Positions 9,010 through 20,698 are shown, counted from the first letter of the stretch. The stretch is DNA of 64,000 bases from Verrucomicrobiota bacterium (GCA_047947115.1 CP170459.1:352001-416000), one strand, 5' to 3'. Notes: generated by a model not told the origin, from the letters alone. Numbers and translations are program-made.

Positions 9010-11487
9010 CTATTGTCCATGTTTTGCCTTCAAGTCTGCCAGTTTCTGCCGGATCACGGGTGGAGTTCGCTGTTGAGCCGCCTCCATCAAGTCCCGATGC
9101 CATTCCAAGGACAGATTCCCGTTCAATGCCTCATCCAACCAATACAACAAGACAGAATCAACCCGTCGATCTCTGGATGAACCGAGTTGCTTCAATGCTG
9201 CTTGCCATAGGCCTAATTCACCGGACTCCAACTGGCCCACCCACCCGGCAACCTGATCATCCGGATTGAGTCCTGATTGAATCAACACCGCTTCCTTGCG
9301 AAGCAACGCGCTGTTTGAGATCAAAGCCTCCCGAATGAGGGACTGCAACTGGGGAACACGCCAATCAGCCAGGGTCCACAAAGCCTTGGCACGGTTCTGA
9401 TGACTCTCCGTAAATCCTCGAAAGATGTTTTCAAGCAACCGGGCATGATGTTTCCATTCGCGAATTCGAATATACTCGAGCATGAAACGACGCTGCCCCT
9501 CGAGATCCGCCTTCACCCATGCATCTGCACGTTCCTTCCAGATGTCATCGAATGCCTCGTCCCAGCGATCGCTGTTCTCTGTCTTATCTCCCAACCAATT
9601 GAGGAGCCGTTCTGAACAACGCGCGCGGATATTACTTTCATACTTCCTCGACTCGACCGCTTCCGCCAGCGCTCGAATGTGGACGGGTTCCTGCAGCATG
9701 GCATTTGCGGCATAAACATGAAGCAGCATGGATTCCAATATGCTCCAATCCGGCAAGTGCTGATCGACTGACGCGAATGCAGGCGACCAATCCGATCGGG
9801 TTGCATGCATGCTGGCCAGAGCAGGAAAAGCCTCCCGGACAGATTCCTCCAAAATTGCACAAGCCGCTTCAACAGTGATGAACGGATTAGCATCATGAAG
9901 AAATTCCTGTATGCCAACATGCCGCTTTCTCCGAAGCCCCAGCATGGCGGCCATCCTGATCTTGTCTTCAGGATGCGTCACCAGCTCCATGAACTCTTCA
10001 GCGGACATCAGGTTCGACAAGGCAATCCTTGCCGCCTGTTGCTGGGCGTGCTGTTGATTTTCCGCTCGAACCATCCAATCCAGAAGACTCTGTTTGTATC
10101 CTTTCAAATCAAGTGCCCCCAACAATTTCACCGCGAGTAATCTCACGCCGGGGTCCGCGTCTCTCAGTGCTTCGCCAACCAACCTCTCACGATTGAGCCC
10201 GCCCGTCATGGCATAAATCTCCAAAGCAGTTGAACGCACCCGGGGCTCGGGATCAGCCAGCAGGGATGTCTCCCAACCCTCATTTGAAAGTTTCATCCGC
10301 TGTTCAGGTTGTTGGGATATTATTAAACGAATGCTCCATAAGGCGTGCAGACGACCGATGGTTAGAAAGGGATTTTTAACGCGTCGAAACAATTCATCCA
10401 ATGCAACCTCTCCACGGGCCGCCAATTCAAACTGCGCTTTCATGCGGATGCGGCGATCCTTGTGGTCCAAGCACTGAATCAGAAAGGCCGTTGATTGGGA
10501 GAGTGGATCTGCTCCCAGCAACTGTTTGGTGCGAACGGACTCAGGCGAAAATGCAAGCTTGGGATCGAAGAAACGAAAACTTGCAGGTCGCGCACCATTC
10601 AAAGGGGTTTGGGCCAGGATCAAAACGGACTCTGCTCCCCGGGTCAACAACATCGGCAAACCAGAACGCGCCAAGGTGGTTCTAAAGACCAGATCAAATC
10701 CAGTCCCCGCAGGATGGCTGAAGTATGATCCCACCTCGTAATCCCCATCCTTTTTGCCAACTACAATAAAGACCTGAGGTGAATCAACCGACCATCCTGA
10801 ATCGGTTTGCGCAATGACACTAACGGGATGTTGTAACAACACCGCAACGGGTGCCATGACATTTCCGAGCAGCGACATGGAATTGGTTGGCAATGTGTGT
10901 CGATCAACCAACAAGTCCCTCCTCCCCTCAACGCCAACATCGCTCACATTTCGCCAACCGTAATCAGCGCCTTCTATCAGACTCAACCATCGACTATTGC
11001 CGGAATCCCTCAACCCGGCATCAAGAACAAACGGTTGTCCGAATGCGTCAAATACAATCGGTAAAGGTTCACGCAACCCTGTTGCGAACCTCTCCGGATT
11101 TCCCTTTCCCGGGAATACCCTGAAGACGCTTGTTCCCCGCTCCAGTCCGGTGCGTTGACTGGATTCAAAAAAGTAGGCATATCCATCAGGACTGATCCGC
11201 ATCTCAGGACTCAGCTCGACAACATTTTCCAAAGCCGCCTTCATCCATGGAACATTCTCGATTATGTCTTGCGTCGATGGATCGGAAAAATCCCCATCCG
11301 CTTCACTCATCCGCTCGGCCCTCCAACCTGCCTGAAGCCATTCAATCCGTGAGAAGGATGGAGACGTGGCTGCAGGGACATGCGGTTGAATAGATATCAG
11401 CATGAGTGCAACCAACATCCCACAACGCTTCGCCCCACTCCCCATCGAAGGATCCTTTCCCAACAATTTGGCGGTCTTTACGGTCAT
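9010..11487 (-). CDS. HEAT-repeat protein related to PVC-type dehydrogenases (degenerate propeller, no CxxCH)
   Basis: FATGLREP...FDAFG, EGADYGWR, DRRIRMKAQFELA, RLHALW and HEAT-like repeats; start at ATG 11487 is an estimate (ORF is open to 11709). Confidence 0.65.
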   Translation of the reverse strand: MTVKTAKLLGKDPSMGSGAKRCGMLVALMLISIQPHVPAATSPSFSRIEWLQAGWRAERMSEADGDFSDPSTQDIIENVPWMKAALENVVELSPEMRISPDGYAYFFESSQRTGLERGTSVFRVFPGKGNPERFATGLREPLPIVFDAFGQPFVLDAGLRDSGNSRWLSLIEGADYGWRNVSDVGVEGRRDLLVDRHTLPTNSMSLLGNVMAPVAVLLQHPVSVIAQTDSGWSVDSPQVFIVVGKKDGDYEVGSYFSHPAGTGFDLVFRTTLARSGLPMLLTRGAESVLILAQTPLNGARPASFRFFDPKLAFSPESVRTKQLLGADPLSQSTAFLIQCLDHKDRRIRMKAQFELAARGEVALDELFRRVKNPFLTIGRLHALWSIRLIISQQPEQRMKLSNEGWETSLLADPEPRVRSTALEIYAMTGGLNRERLVGEALRDADPGVRLLAVKLLGALDLKGYKQSLLDWMVRAENQQHAQQQAARIALSNLMSAEEFMELVTHPEDKIRMAAMLGLRRKRHVGIQEFLHDANPFITVEAACAILEESVREAFPALASMHATRSDWSPAFASVDQHLPDWSILESMLLHVYAANAMLQEPVHIRALAEAVESRKYESNIRARCSERLLNWLGDKTENSDRWDEAFDDIWKERADAWVKADLEGQRRFMLEYIRIREWKHHARLLENIFRGFTESHQNRAKALWTLADWRVPQLQSLIREALISNSALLRKEAVLIQSGLNPDDQVAGWVGQLESGELGLWQAALKQLGSSRDRRVDSVLLYWLDEALNGNLSLEWHRDLMEAAQQRTPPVIRQKLADLKAKHGQ

Positions 11488-11666
11488 AAGCCTCAACAAA
11501 TCATACGAAAGAATTATCCGCCAAAACCAGCAAGATGTAAACGTGCAAGACAATCGTTGCATTTGAGCCGAAGCATCGTGCCTCATGACTTTCGGATTGT
11601 ATCTGTTACGCATGCTTGTCGGTGTTCCATCTTGACAGATAAGACAGCAATCGGCATGGGTTGAGC

Positions 11667-12572
11667 ATGCAAATTCACGATATCTCAGCACGACGACGCA
11701 ATGCACCATCAGGTTTCACACTGATCGAACTTCTGGTGGTGATCGCCATCATCGCCATTCTTGCGGGCATGCTCCTGCCGGCCCTTTCCAAAGCAAAACT
11801 CAAAGCAACCGGTGCGGCCTGTGTCAGCAATCAGAAGCAACTGATTCTCGGGTTTATGATGTATGCGGACGACAATGAAGATCGCATGCTATATACAACC
11901 CCTGCGCGGGGCCAGATTGACAATCCCGCAGGAGGTTTCTGGCCCGGACCTCACACGGACGCCGGGCAGTTCAGGGATGTCACCAGCGGTATGACCAAAT
12001 CGGAAGCACAACGCAACGTCGAAAACGGCCTGCGTAAAGGGGCCCTGTTTCAATATGTCGATGGAACAGGCGCTTACCACTGCCCCGGCGATCTGCGCAC
12101 CAAACGCCTCCAACCCGGTAAGGGCTGGGCGTATGACAGTTACTCAAAAGCAAATGGCATGAATGGACTCGCTTGGCAAAGCTCCGGCACTCCGGGCAGC
12201 AATTCAGGTCCACAGCCCGCTTATGTTAAAACAACAGGCATCAACGGACCTTCCGAAGCGATGGTTTTTCTGGAAGAAGCTGATCCACGTGGACGCAACC
12301 TGGGCACCTGGGTGATCAATGTCGCGCCTTCTCCCAGCTGGATTGATCCATTCGCCATCTTCCACGGCAACAACAGCACCATTTCTTATGCAGATGGTCA
12401 TGCCGATGCACATCGTTGGATCACCGACAACGTGATCAGCGCAGCTAAGGATGCATCAAGCGGTGTCACATCCGTTTTCAACTGGGGTGGAGGAAACGCA
12501 TCCAATCCGGACTTCGTCTGGGTCTACAACAACTACAAACACCAACGCTGGACCCGTATTAACAATCAGTAG
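11667..12572 (+). CDS. Prepilin-type N-methylation domain protein with H-X9-DG C-terminal motif (DUF1559-like)
   Basis: [56 protein letters not shown]. Confidence 0.92.
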   Translation: MQIHDISARRRNAPSGFTLIELLVVIAIIAILAGMLLPALSKAKLKATGAACVSNQKQLILGFMMYADDNEDRMLYTTPARGQIDNPAGGFWPGPHTDAGQFRDVTSGMTKSEAQRNVENGLRKGALFQYVDGTGAYHCPGDLRTKRLQPGKGWAYDSYSKANGMNGLAWQSSGTPGSNSGPQPAYVKTTGINGPSEAMVFLEEADPRGRNLGTWVINVAPSPSWIDPFAIFHGNNSTISYADGHADAHRWITDNVISAAKDASSGVTSVFNWGGGNASNPDFVWVYNNYKHQRWTRINNQ

Positions 12573-12899
12573 TCAGCAGTCTTGAATGTAAGACCGACAG
12601 GAGAATGGAAAGCACCGGGTTTTCCGGGCAGGTACGGCTTGAATTCAGCCTAAAACACATGCCGGGATCATTCGATTTTCTTTAACACAAAGCATACTGA
12701 GTCTGATTGTAACTTGCTTCCCCGTGCACCCGGAGTTTAATCATGAGTTTTTCAAATAGAAACTCATAAGAATTCATGGTCTGGCTATCAGGCCATGGAT
12801 CCTGGTAAGCTGCTGCTTTGCACAAAGCGGTCCCTTTGCACAGGTTCCGGAAATCCGGAATATAATCTGAGGCAACTTTGTTGACATCTCATTCTCCCC

Positions 12900-15737
12900 A
12901 TGGCCAAGACCTCAACAATACAAAGCAGTTGGACCTCGACAGGAGTGGACATCCGCAGCGATGCCGTCACCCGGCAGCTCTACGCAACCGATGCTTCGAT
13001 TTACGAAATAACTCCCAAGGCCGTGGCATTTCCCAAAGGACCGGAAGAAATGTCTCGCGTGTTTCGGATGGCTGCGGATGAAGGGCTGTCCGTGACCCCC
13101 CGCGGCTCTGGATCAGGGCTTGCCGGTGGGGCCATCGGTGAGGGACTGATCATGGACTGCCAACGCTTCAATCAGCAGATTCATTCGTTTGATCCAGACC
13201 AAAAGAGCATTCGAGTCGGTCCCGGGGTTGTTTTGGATGCGTTGAATGCTTTTCTTCATCCCCATGGATTTCAATTCGGCCCCGATGTTGCCACCAGTTC
13301 ACGAGCCACACTTGGAGGCATGATCGCCAACAACTCCTCAGGGGCCCGAGTCTCGGCATACGGTGTCACCGGTGATCATGTCAGATCTCTGGATTTAATC
13401 AAATCGGATGGCACCCGCGTCACCTTCGACAACCATGGCAACATGACGACAGATTGGCTCGAGGACCTCCTGTTCCATATCCAATCCAATGCCGGGTTGA
13501 TTCGGAAAACATTTCCCGACGGAATGATTAAACGATGGCACGGCTATGGTTTGAGAAAATGCCTTGATCAACCAACACATTGGACTCAACTCCTTTCCGG
13601 CAGCGAAGGCACCCTGGCCGTGATTGCGGGAGCGGAACTGAACATTGTACCGTTACCAAAGGAGAAAGGCCTGGGATTGTTGTTTTTCGACTCCGCCACT
13701 GACGCCATGCAGGCTTCCGTGGATGTGGCCGACTTGAAACCCAGTGCCATTGAACACATCGACCGCATCCTGTTTGATCAAACACGCGGACAATTGCTCT
13801 TCCAGCAAGCAAGAAGTCTACTCGAACTGGATGACAAACCATGTGAATCCATCCTTATGGTTGAGTTTCAGGAAGACGTTGCAGATTGCCTGGATCAGCT
13901 CGGAAAACGAAGATTGGGAAAACGTCGACTCATGCTCCAGGATTCGAGCTCCATGCAGCTTGTCTGGCAATTGCGCAAGGCCGGGCTCAGCCTTTTAACG
14001 GGATGCAAGGGAGCAGCCAAACCCACAACCGGCATTGAGGACACAGCGGTGTGCCCCAAAGTTCTCCCCGAATACGTTCGAGAACTTCAAAAAATCCTGG
14101 CAGCACAAAAGCTCGAAGCCTGTTACTACGGACATGCGGCATCGGGTTTGCTCCACATCCGACCGGTGTTGAACATACTATTACCGGAAGATATTCGTCG
14201 ATTTCGAGCGGTCGCAGATGACATCTCCCAGCTTGTAAAAACCTTCAAGGGCTCACTGGCTGCCGAACATGGCATCGGTATCGCGCGTAGCGAATATCTG
14301 GAAGATCACATCGGCCCCGAGTTGATGGATCTTCATCGAAAAATCAAGGAGACTTTCGATCCTTCATGGCGATTGAATCCCGGGAAGGTCATTGATCTCG
14401 ACAAAAGATACCGAATCGATTCCTGTTTGCGTCACCCCATAACATCCCAATCCCCAGCGGCCACCTTCAATCCGGAGTTGGCCTTTGCCGCGAAGGATGC
14501 ACACTGGACCGACAACCTCGCGCAGTGCAACGGCTGCGGAGGCTGCCGAAAAGCGCCCGCCACCATGTGCCCCACCTTTCAGGCCACCGGGGAAGAAATC
14601 ATGTCCACGCGTGGTCGGGCAAATTTGATTCGCACCTGGACTCAGGAAGGACGTGCGAAGGAAGATATGCCACTCATGCTTCAGGAAGCCTTGGGACATT
14701 GTTTATCCTGCAAGGCATGCAAAACGGAGTGCCCTTCCAACGTTGATATGGCATTGATCAAGGCCGAACTCCAACAGGTCATGAGAGACCGGCACGGCGC
14801 AACTCTATCCCAATGGTTGTTTGGTCATGTGGATTGGATTGCCGAGTGGGCATCTCATTTCCCGGCTTGGAGCAATCGCATGCAATCCTGGAACTGGTTG
14901 AGAAGAAGATTGGAAAAACCATTCAATTTGTCCATCAAACGTCCATTACCAAACTTTGCCAATCAGCGTTTTGATAGATGGTTCGCTCAACGTGTTTCCA
15001 ATCACCCTACCCCCAACGGCCCTGTATACCTCTGGGATGACACGTTTGCCCGTTATTACGACCCACATATCGGAAAAGCTGCCGTGGAAGTTTTGGAACA
15101 TCTGGGCTTTGAAGTGCGTTTGCTCCTTGGGCGCCGATGCTGCGGAAGACCCTCCTTCAGCCAAGGCGACCTCCGTCGAGCGCGTCGACTAGGTCAACAT
15201 AACATTGATCTGATTGAACGAAACCCGAAAACTCCGATCCTGTTTCTTGAACCCTCCTGCTTTTCGATGTTTCGGGAAGATTACACGGAACTTGGTGTAA
15301 AAGGCGCGGACACCATCGCAAACCGCTGTCACTTGCTGGAAGCCTTCCTGGCCCAACAATGTGAAAAACACCCTGAATGGCGTGATCGATTTCACCCTCC
15401 CCAAACACCTGCCGTCACTCACGTGCATTGCCATGCGAAAGCTTTGACAAACACTTCCTATATCCAACAACTGAAACAGCATTTGTGGCCCGACATAAAA
15501 CCCGAAATCCTGGCATCAGGCTGCTGTGGCATGGCTGGCGCTTTTGGCGCTTCTGAATCGGAATATGAACTTTCGGTTCAAGTGGGAAATCAACTTGCTG
15601 AGCTGCTGAATCAATATCCCGAAAAGGTTCAGGTTATATCCAATGGAACCAGTTGCCGCCATCAGATTGAACATCTCACAGACCGCAACCCTCTACACAT
15701 CGCTGAAGTCCTTGCTAAGTCGATCAGGAAGCCCTGA
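12900..15737 (+). CDS. FAD-binding/(Fe-S)-binding oxidoreductase (GlcD/GlpC, YdiJ-like)
   Basis: YATDASIY, RGSGSGLAG, GSEGTL, AEHGIG, CNGCGGC..MCP, CLSCKACKTECP, two CCG motifs. Confidence 0.92.
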   Translation: MAKTSTIQSSWTSTGVDIRSDAVTRQLYATDASIYEITPKAVAFPKGPEEMSRVFRMAADEGLSVTPRGSGSGLAGGAIGEGLIMDCQRFNQQIHSFDPDQKSIRVGPGVVLDALNAFLHPHGFQFGPDVATSSRATLGGMIANNSSGARVSAYGVTGDHVRSLDLIKSDGTRVTFDNHGNMTTDWLEDLLFHIQSNAGLIRKTFPDGMIKRWHGYGLRKCLDQPTHWTQLLSGSEGTLAVIAGAELNIVPLPKEKGLGLLFFDSATDAMQASVDVADLKPSAIEHIDRILFDQTRGQLLFQQARSLLELDDKPCESILMVEFQEDVADCLDQLGKRRLGKRRLMLQDSSSMQLVWQLRKAGLSLLTGCKGAAKPTTGIEDTAVCPKVLPEYVRELQKILAAQKLEACYYGHAASGLLHIRPVLNILLPEDIRRFRAVADDISQLVKTFKGSLAAEHGIGIARSEYLEDHIGPELMDLHRKIKETFDPSWRLNPGKVIDLDKRYRIDSCLRHPITSQSPAATFNPELAFAAKDAHWTDNLAQCNGCGGCRKAPATMCPTFQATGEEIMSTRGRANLIRTWTQEGRAKEDMPLMLQEALGHCLSCKACKTECPSNVDMALIKAELQQVMRDRHGATLSQWLFGHVDWIAEWASHFPAWSNRMQSWNWLRRRLEKPFNLSIKRPLPNFANQRFDRWFAQRVSNHPTPNGPVYLWDDTFARYYDPHIGKAAVEVLEHLGFEVRLLLGRRCCGRPSFSQGDLRRARRLGQHNIDLIERNPKTPILFLEPSCFSMFREDYTELGVKGADTIANRCHLLEAFLAQQCEKHPEWRDRFHPPQTPAVTHVHCHAKALTNTSYIQQLKQHLWPDIKPEILASGCCGMAGAFGASESEYELSVQVGNQLAELLNQYPEKVQVISNGTSCRHQIEHLTDRNPLHIAEVLAKSIRKP

Positions 15738-15767
15738 GCTAACCAATACTCAGCCCGAAGCAAACCA

Positions 15768-16733
15768 TCACTTCAAACTCGCATCTGACAGCTTCTTCCC
15801 ATTCGTGGAAATCACATGAATCCCGTGCGCATGTGCGCTCGGGTGAAAAAACTCCCAAACCACTTTCTTGTCCGGAGTGATTTCAAACAAACGCGGTTTG
15901 GATGCATCACGTTGGGCGTAACTGGCAATCACAGTGTTACCGTTGGGCAAACGCTGACCACCGCATGGATCACTGAACCTTCCTTCCACATCAGTGTTAT
16001 CCACACGCCATACAACCTTGCCAGATATATCGAATTCAACGGTCTTGTTTCCATGCGTTAAATTCGCCAGAGTATTGCCATTCGCCAATCGAATCGCGGT
16101 GAACGGCCAATTTTCCTCTTCACGTCCCCCCAATTCCGCAAGATCCGTGCGGATGGTCTTGAGCACCGTCCCGTCAGGAGCATACTCCTTGATGGCAAAC
16201 CCAAGCAAATGAGGTGCAATATAGTTTCCATTTGCCAACTTTCGCGCCATGCGGGTTTGCATATGGGCATTGTCAGTATCGGGTTGAAGCGGAATTTCAG
16301 CCTTAATCTCACCCTGTGCATTGATCTCAAGCAAACGGGGCTTGATCCCCCGCTCCACTAGCATGGTGTTCCCGGAATCCAATCGAACAGCCGTCCCCAA
16401 CTCCTTGTTCACCGCATTCAATTGATAAGACCAAACCACCTCATTGGATCGGGTATACTCGCGTGCTACCCGTCCGTTGGAGATCAACAGATTCCCATTG
16501 CCCAAGACGTAACCATCGCGTGACCCACCATCGACCTGCCAGACCACCTGACTGTTCTCATCAAACAAAGCGGTCATGTTTCCACAAACAAGAAACCCGT
16601 GTTGAATACGCTCCGCACTGACCTGTTTCGGACTGCCCTGAGCCACTGCAGGTAAAAACAGCTTCAAAACACTCAACAAGCAAAAGCACCCCATTAGGAA
16701 ACGGGATTGAAAATGAAGAAATTTATTTGGCAT
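15768..16733 (-). CDS. Secreted beta-propeller hypothetical protein
   Basis: Signal peptide; repeated RL.NGNT(L/V) and E...(G/K).VVW units. Confidence 0.75.
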   Translation of the reverse strand: MPNKFLHFQSRFLMGCFCLLSVLKLFLPAVAQGSPKQVSAERIQHGFLVCGNMTALFDENSQVVWQVDGGSRDGYVLGNGNLLISNGRVAREYTRSNEVVWSYQLNAVNKELGTAVRLDSGNTMLVERGIKPRLLEINAQGEIKAEIPLQPDTDNAHMQTRMARKLANGNYIAPHLLGFAIKEYAPDGTVLKTIRTDLAELGGREEENWPFTAIRLANGNTLANLTHGNKTVEFDISGKVVWRVDNTDVEGRFSDPCGGQRLPNGNTVIASYAQRDASKPRLFEITPDKKVVWEFFHPSAHAHGIHVISTNGKKLSDASLK

Positions 16734-16778
16734 GTCAGGAGCATGGCACGCTGTATAAATGTGAACAAGTGCGTAAAT

Positions 16779-16809
16779 AAAAAAACCCGGCCTCGAGAGA
16801 GACCGGGTT
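16779..16809 (-). terminator. Rho-independent terminator
   Basis: Hairpin AACCCGG.CTC-GAGA-GAG.CCGGGTT with an A-run on its left (U-tail on minus strand), just past the stop at 16824. Confidence 0.75.
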
Positions 16810-16823
16810 GAACAAAAGAAAAA

Positions 16824-19800
16824 TTACTCGAAAGAAATTTCCTGCTGGATTTCCTTGACCGTACCTTCGGGAGGATCGTTCTTCAAGGTCATAAGATAAG
16901 CCATGAGATCCTCAATGTCTTGAGGCGGGAGCAAGACCCCAAACGGTGGCATCGGCGAAACTTCCGCAGGGAATCCTTCTGCAATGGCAGCCTGTGGATC
17001 CAAAATACTTTCACGGATAAAGGCGGCGTCTTTTCGCCTGGCAATATCATCCAGATAGGGCCCGACAAATCCACCCTGAGCATTCACCTGATGACATCGA
17101 ACGCACGATGCCACCGGATGCTCATTGAAGATTTTTCTGCCGCGCTCAACGTCACCCTCCAGATTGGCGGCTTCTTCATTGGCGATTTCAATAACAACTT
17201 CCTGCAAGGAAACATCATCGTACCACGCAGTGCCCCGCGAGGTTCCCCAACCGCCAAACAAGCAATTGATAAGGATGCTGTCCTGCCCCCCGGTGTTGAA
17301 TGTGACTTCAACCTTCTTCCAATCACTATCACCTGAAACAGGGCTGGTAACACCTTCTCCGATCGTGTGGACATTCATCAGACCACCACGCGCACCACGG
17401 ACGCCTTCTGTCTTGACCCACCCGGACATCTTGTAGTCGGTGTTGGGCTTAACGGACACATTCGCGCTCCACCCCACATCAGCACCTTGTATTGATGTGA
17501 TTTTAATAGAGCGTTTCCCGGTTCGCACGTAGGCTGGATCATCTTCGTAGGAGAAGGTCGTTCCCCCACGATCATTGTAAGTGGCCGGACGCCAGGCGGC
17601 CGGACGATCCCCTCTTGCTTCTTCGAAAGATGCATTCGGCAGGATGTTTTCTCCGAGTGAAGTGGAATAAGCCGCCACTCCCTGGTTCCGGGAGGCTGCC
17701 TTCAGGGCAAGAGACAACCAGTCATCCTTGCGATTCACTTCATCACGGAACAATTGCGGAATGGCAATTTCAAGTGATGTGTGTTTGGGAAAATGGGCCA
17801 TTTCCACAAAGGCCTCACGCCGCACCTGCAAATCATCGGCAGCCACCACAGCGGTATCGAAGAACAACTGAATGTCCTCCTCGGACGTTCCAAGTGCTTT
17901 GATGGCGTTGCGACGCAGAACAGGATTCTTGCTGAGCAAAGCTGCCTGGTGGATTTCGCGATCCAGTTGCCCCAATCCATCGAGCGTCCAAAACGCATGG
18001 ACCGCCGAGCGGCCGGCATCCACCACCTTGCGACGCAGCAGTTGAACAACGTCCGTGGCCTTTCGCTCGATCAACATGCGCTGAGCTGTCATACGCCAAA
18101 ACATGTTTGAATCATCGAACACTTCCACCAACGCTTCATTTGATGAATTGGCAAGGGAGATGATGGTGGGTTGAGATTCGGTCGGTTTGTAAATGAGACG
18201 GTAGATGCGCCCATGCTGACGATCACGATTCGGATTCACATGAGCATTCCCTTTTCCTGTCCGCGCCTCATACCCCCCACGTTGCGGACTTGGGGTCGGG
18301 TTGTGCTGAATGATGAAGTTGTACCAATCAGCCACCCACAAGTGACCGTCCGGTCCCACTTCTGCGGAAACGGGCGAGAACCATTCATCCGCACTGGCAA
18401 TCAGAGAATAACGATTGATCGCTTTGTAACCGGAACCATGCGGAACATTCTGATACATGCCCAATAAATTACCAGTCGGTCCACTGATGAATGCCATGGA
18501 ATCACGCCAGGATTCAGGAAAACGATCGGATGTTGCCAAGGCGTATCCCGCACCCGCAGTGTATCGACCGAATGCATCCACTTGGCGTATATTGGGCGTA
18601 ATGGGCTGAAACTCGGGATGATCGGCAATCATCAGAGCGGAAATGCTGGGACTGCCTTGATATCCCGTGGCAGGAAATCCACCAAAAAAAGCAGGATTGT
18701 TATTGGCTGTGGATCCAAACACATCCCCTGCACTGTTGAAACCCAACCCCCAGGTGTTGTTGTTGAACTGATGCATGAACGTAACATCGGAACCGTCCGC
18801 CTTCATGTTGAAAACGCCGTTACCAAAACGCACATCGCTGTCACCTCTTCGTTCGGAATAACCGGAATACCCCACAGTCCCCCAAACACGATTGTCCAAT
18901 CCATATCGGAAACTGGATGGCCCGGCATGGGTATCAGCAACGCCCCAACCAGTGTTCAACACTTCACGCACATCGGCTTTATCATCTCCATTGGTGTCCT
19001 GGAAAAAAAGGAAGTCCGGAGCTTGAGCCACGATAACACCTCCGTTGGCGAAGACGATCGAGGTCGGGACATTGAGCCCGTCCGCAAACACCTTCACCTT
19101 GTCACAACGCCCGTCCCCATTGGTATCTTCAAGGATCTTGATGCTGTCACGGCCAGTACGGTCGTTGGTGAGTTCGTTGGGATAATCCACTGCTTCGGCC
19201 ACCCACAGCCGCCCACGATGATCCCAAGCCATGCAGATGGGATTCACGATGTCGGGTTCACTGGCGAACAATTCCAAACGAAAACCGACCGGCACCTGTG
19301 TGTATTGCAAGCTTTCCTCGGGAGAAAGCGGAAGTTGATATGGAAGCGGTTCTGGTCGGCGTTCATAATTCGGAATGTTATCACGTTTTTCATAAACCAA
19401 GGGCACACGCTCATTCAGGAATGCCTCATAGGAATGGCGACGCTCATCCCCAATCGACCAGAGAACACCTTTCTTGATCAATTGATGAAATTCATCGCGG
19501 CCCCAGACACGGTGGTCGTGACCCGAGGCGGTGTAAAAAACACGACCCTTGCCCTGCGTTCGAATCCAGGTCCAGGGTTCAGGTTCTTTGATGTTGTCGT
19601 CCGGACCGGCCACTTCACGCACTTGGAGTACCACGCGATCTTTCAAATTGTGATTCACGTGAACGTATGTCTCGTCCCATGCTTCCAAGGCAGGGACGTC
19701 TTTGATGGCCTCATGGTCAGGAAGCACCGTCTTTGGTTGGAACACCCCGGTTCGGTGATGCGCAAATCGCCCCCCCACCAACTGATCGAATCCGGGCTCA

Positions 19801-20180
19801 TTGCTGAAACACCAACTGGCACAGTGGATCGGCAGGAAACCACCGCCGGTTTCGACAAAGTTCAACAGATTCTTCCATTGGTTTGAGGTGATCTCGGCAT
19901 GGTTGGCATACAGCAACACGGCATCGAATTTGCCAAGATAGTCTGCATCCCCCAAAGCCTCCTCGACCGAAGTCATGTAATCAAAGTAGATGGCATCCCG
20001 CCCTAGTGCCTTGGAGATCATGGGGAAATAGGCGTTGGAAGGATGATGCTCGGCATCGTGCCCCAGAAAAAGCACCCGAACCGGACCTTCGTCTGTTCCA
20101 TGTACGTTCAACGCCCCCAGCAAAAGCAGCAGGCTTAACAATGATTTTATGATTTTGCTCAATTTCATATCTAACTTCAT
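16824..20180 (-). CDS. PVC-type heme-binding CxxCH dehydrogenase-like protein (ThuA + beta-propeller + HEAT + CBM4/9-like + cytochrome c)
   Basis: ThuA-like (GKGRVFYTASGHD), LELFASEPDIVNP, LEDTNGDG, ADWYN, DRQHGRIYR, NASFEE...WYDDVSL, CVRCH...SPMP. Confidence 0.9.
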   Translation of the reverse strand: MKLDMKLSKIIKSLLSLLLLLGALNVHGTDEGPVRVLFLGHDAEHHPSNAYFPMISKALGRDAIYFDYMTSVEEALGDADYLGKFDAVLLYANHAEITSNQWKNLLNFVETGGGFLPIHCASWCFSNEPGFDQLVGGRFAHHRTGVFQPKTVLPDHEAIKDVPALEAWDETYVHVNHNLKDRVVLQVREVAGPDDNIKEPEPWTWIRTQGKGRVFYTASGHDHRVWGRDEFHQLIKKGVLWSIGDERRHSYEAFLNERVPLVYEKRDNIPNYERRPEPLPYQLPLSPEESLQYTQVPVGFRLELFASEPDIVNPICMAWDHRGRLWVAEAVDYPNELTNDRTGRDSIKILEDTNGDGRCDKVKVFADGLNVPTSIVFANGGVIVAQAPDFLFFQDTNGDDKADVREVLNTGWGVADTHAGPSSFRYGLDNRVWGTVGYSGYSERRGDSDVRFGNGVFNMKADGSDVTFMHQFNNNTWGLGFNSAGDVFGSTANNNPAFFGGFPATGYQGSPSISALMIADHPEFQPITPNIRQVDAFGRYTAGAGYALATSDRFPESWRDSMAFISGPTGNLLGMYQNVPHGSGYKAINRYSLIASADEWFSPVSAEVGPDGHLWVADWYNFIIQHNPTPSPQRGGYEARTGKGNAHVNPNRDRQHGRIYRLIYKPTESQPTIISLANSSNEALVEVFDDSNMFWRMTAQRMLIERKATDVVQLLRRKVVDAGRSAVHAFWTLDGLGQLDREIHQAALLSKNPVLRRNAIKALGTSEEDIQLFFDTAVVAADDLQVRREAFVEMAHFPKHTSLEIAIPQLFRDEVNRKDDWLSLALKAASRNQGVAAYSTSLGENILPNASFEEARGDRPAAWRPATYNDRGGTTFSYEDDPAYVRTGKRSIKITSIQGADVGWSANVSVKPNTDYKMSGWVKTEGVRGARGGLMNVHTIGEGVTSPVSGDSDWKKVEVTFNTGGQDSILINCLFGGWGTSRGTAWYDDVSLQEVVIEIANEEAANLEGDVERGRKIFNEHPVASCVRCHQVNAQGGFVGPYLDDIARRKDAAFIRESILDPQAAIAEGFPAEVSPMPPFGVLLPPQDIEDLMAYLMTLKNDPPEGTVKEIQQEISFE

Positions 20181-20698
20181 AACTTCAACTCAATGCAACG
20201 GAACACAAGAATCACCTTGAACCGAGCCAGCGCATTTGAAATGCGGATCTGTAAAGGATGATGGTAATCATAAGAATCGCCAAAACCACTCTTTTTTGCA
20301 TCATCTGGGCTCCACCGAAGCCATCTTATGAAAAAAAAAGACTGTGCTATCAAACATTACGACGAGGTTTTAGGAAATAATTGCCCCCGCATGATTTGAA
20401 TCAAACAACACGGCAAATCGTACAGAAATGTCTATCGCCAGCCTCGGCCTCTATGATTCGGGGGCATTCACAGCGCAGCAGATTGGGAGTTTAAATAAGG
20501 CGGGCATCAAGGCTACTATGGCCGCCAAAAACCAACTCAGGAAGGCCGTAATAAATGAATTGTTGGCGCTTACCGCTGACAAGGAGAATGCAATGAGAAT
20601 CCTTGGGTTGGAGAAATCCTGGTCGATGACGGACTATCCACCTCGCAAATTCCCAAAGCATGGTTGCCCACGCTCCACCTGTTTGCTAGCTTCTTCCC

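Noticed and set aside
12743..12767. Inverted repeat ATGAGTTT-N9-AAACTCAT upstream of the FAD oxidoreductase
   Set aside because: Possible operator, but single AT-rich instance with no cognate regulator nearby
18582..19886. 434-aa plus-strand ORF
   Set aside because: Antisense to the well-supported dehydrogenase gene
20405..20475. c-di-GMP-I riboswitch-like GGCAAA..GAAA..CGCCAGCCTC
   Set aside because: The stem around GAAA pairs for only 3 bp and the ACGCAAAGC core is mismatched; needs an Infernal RF01051 search to be taken seriously
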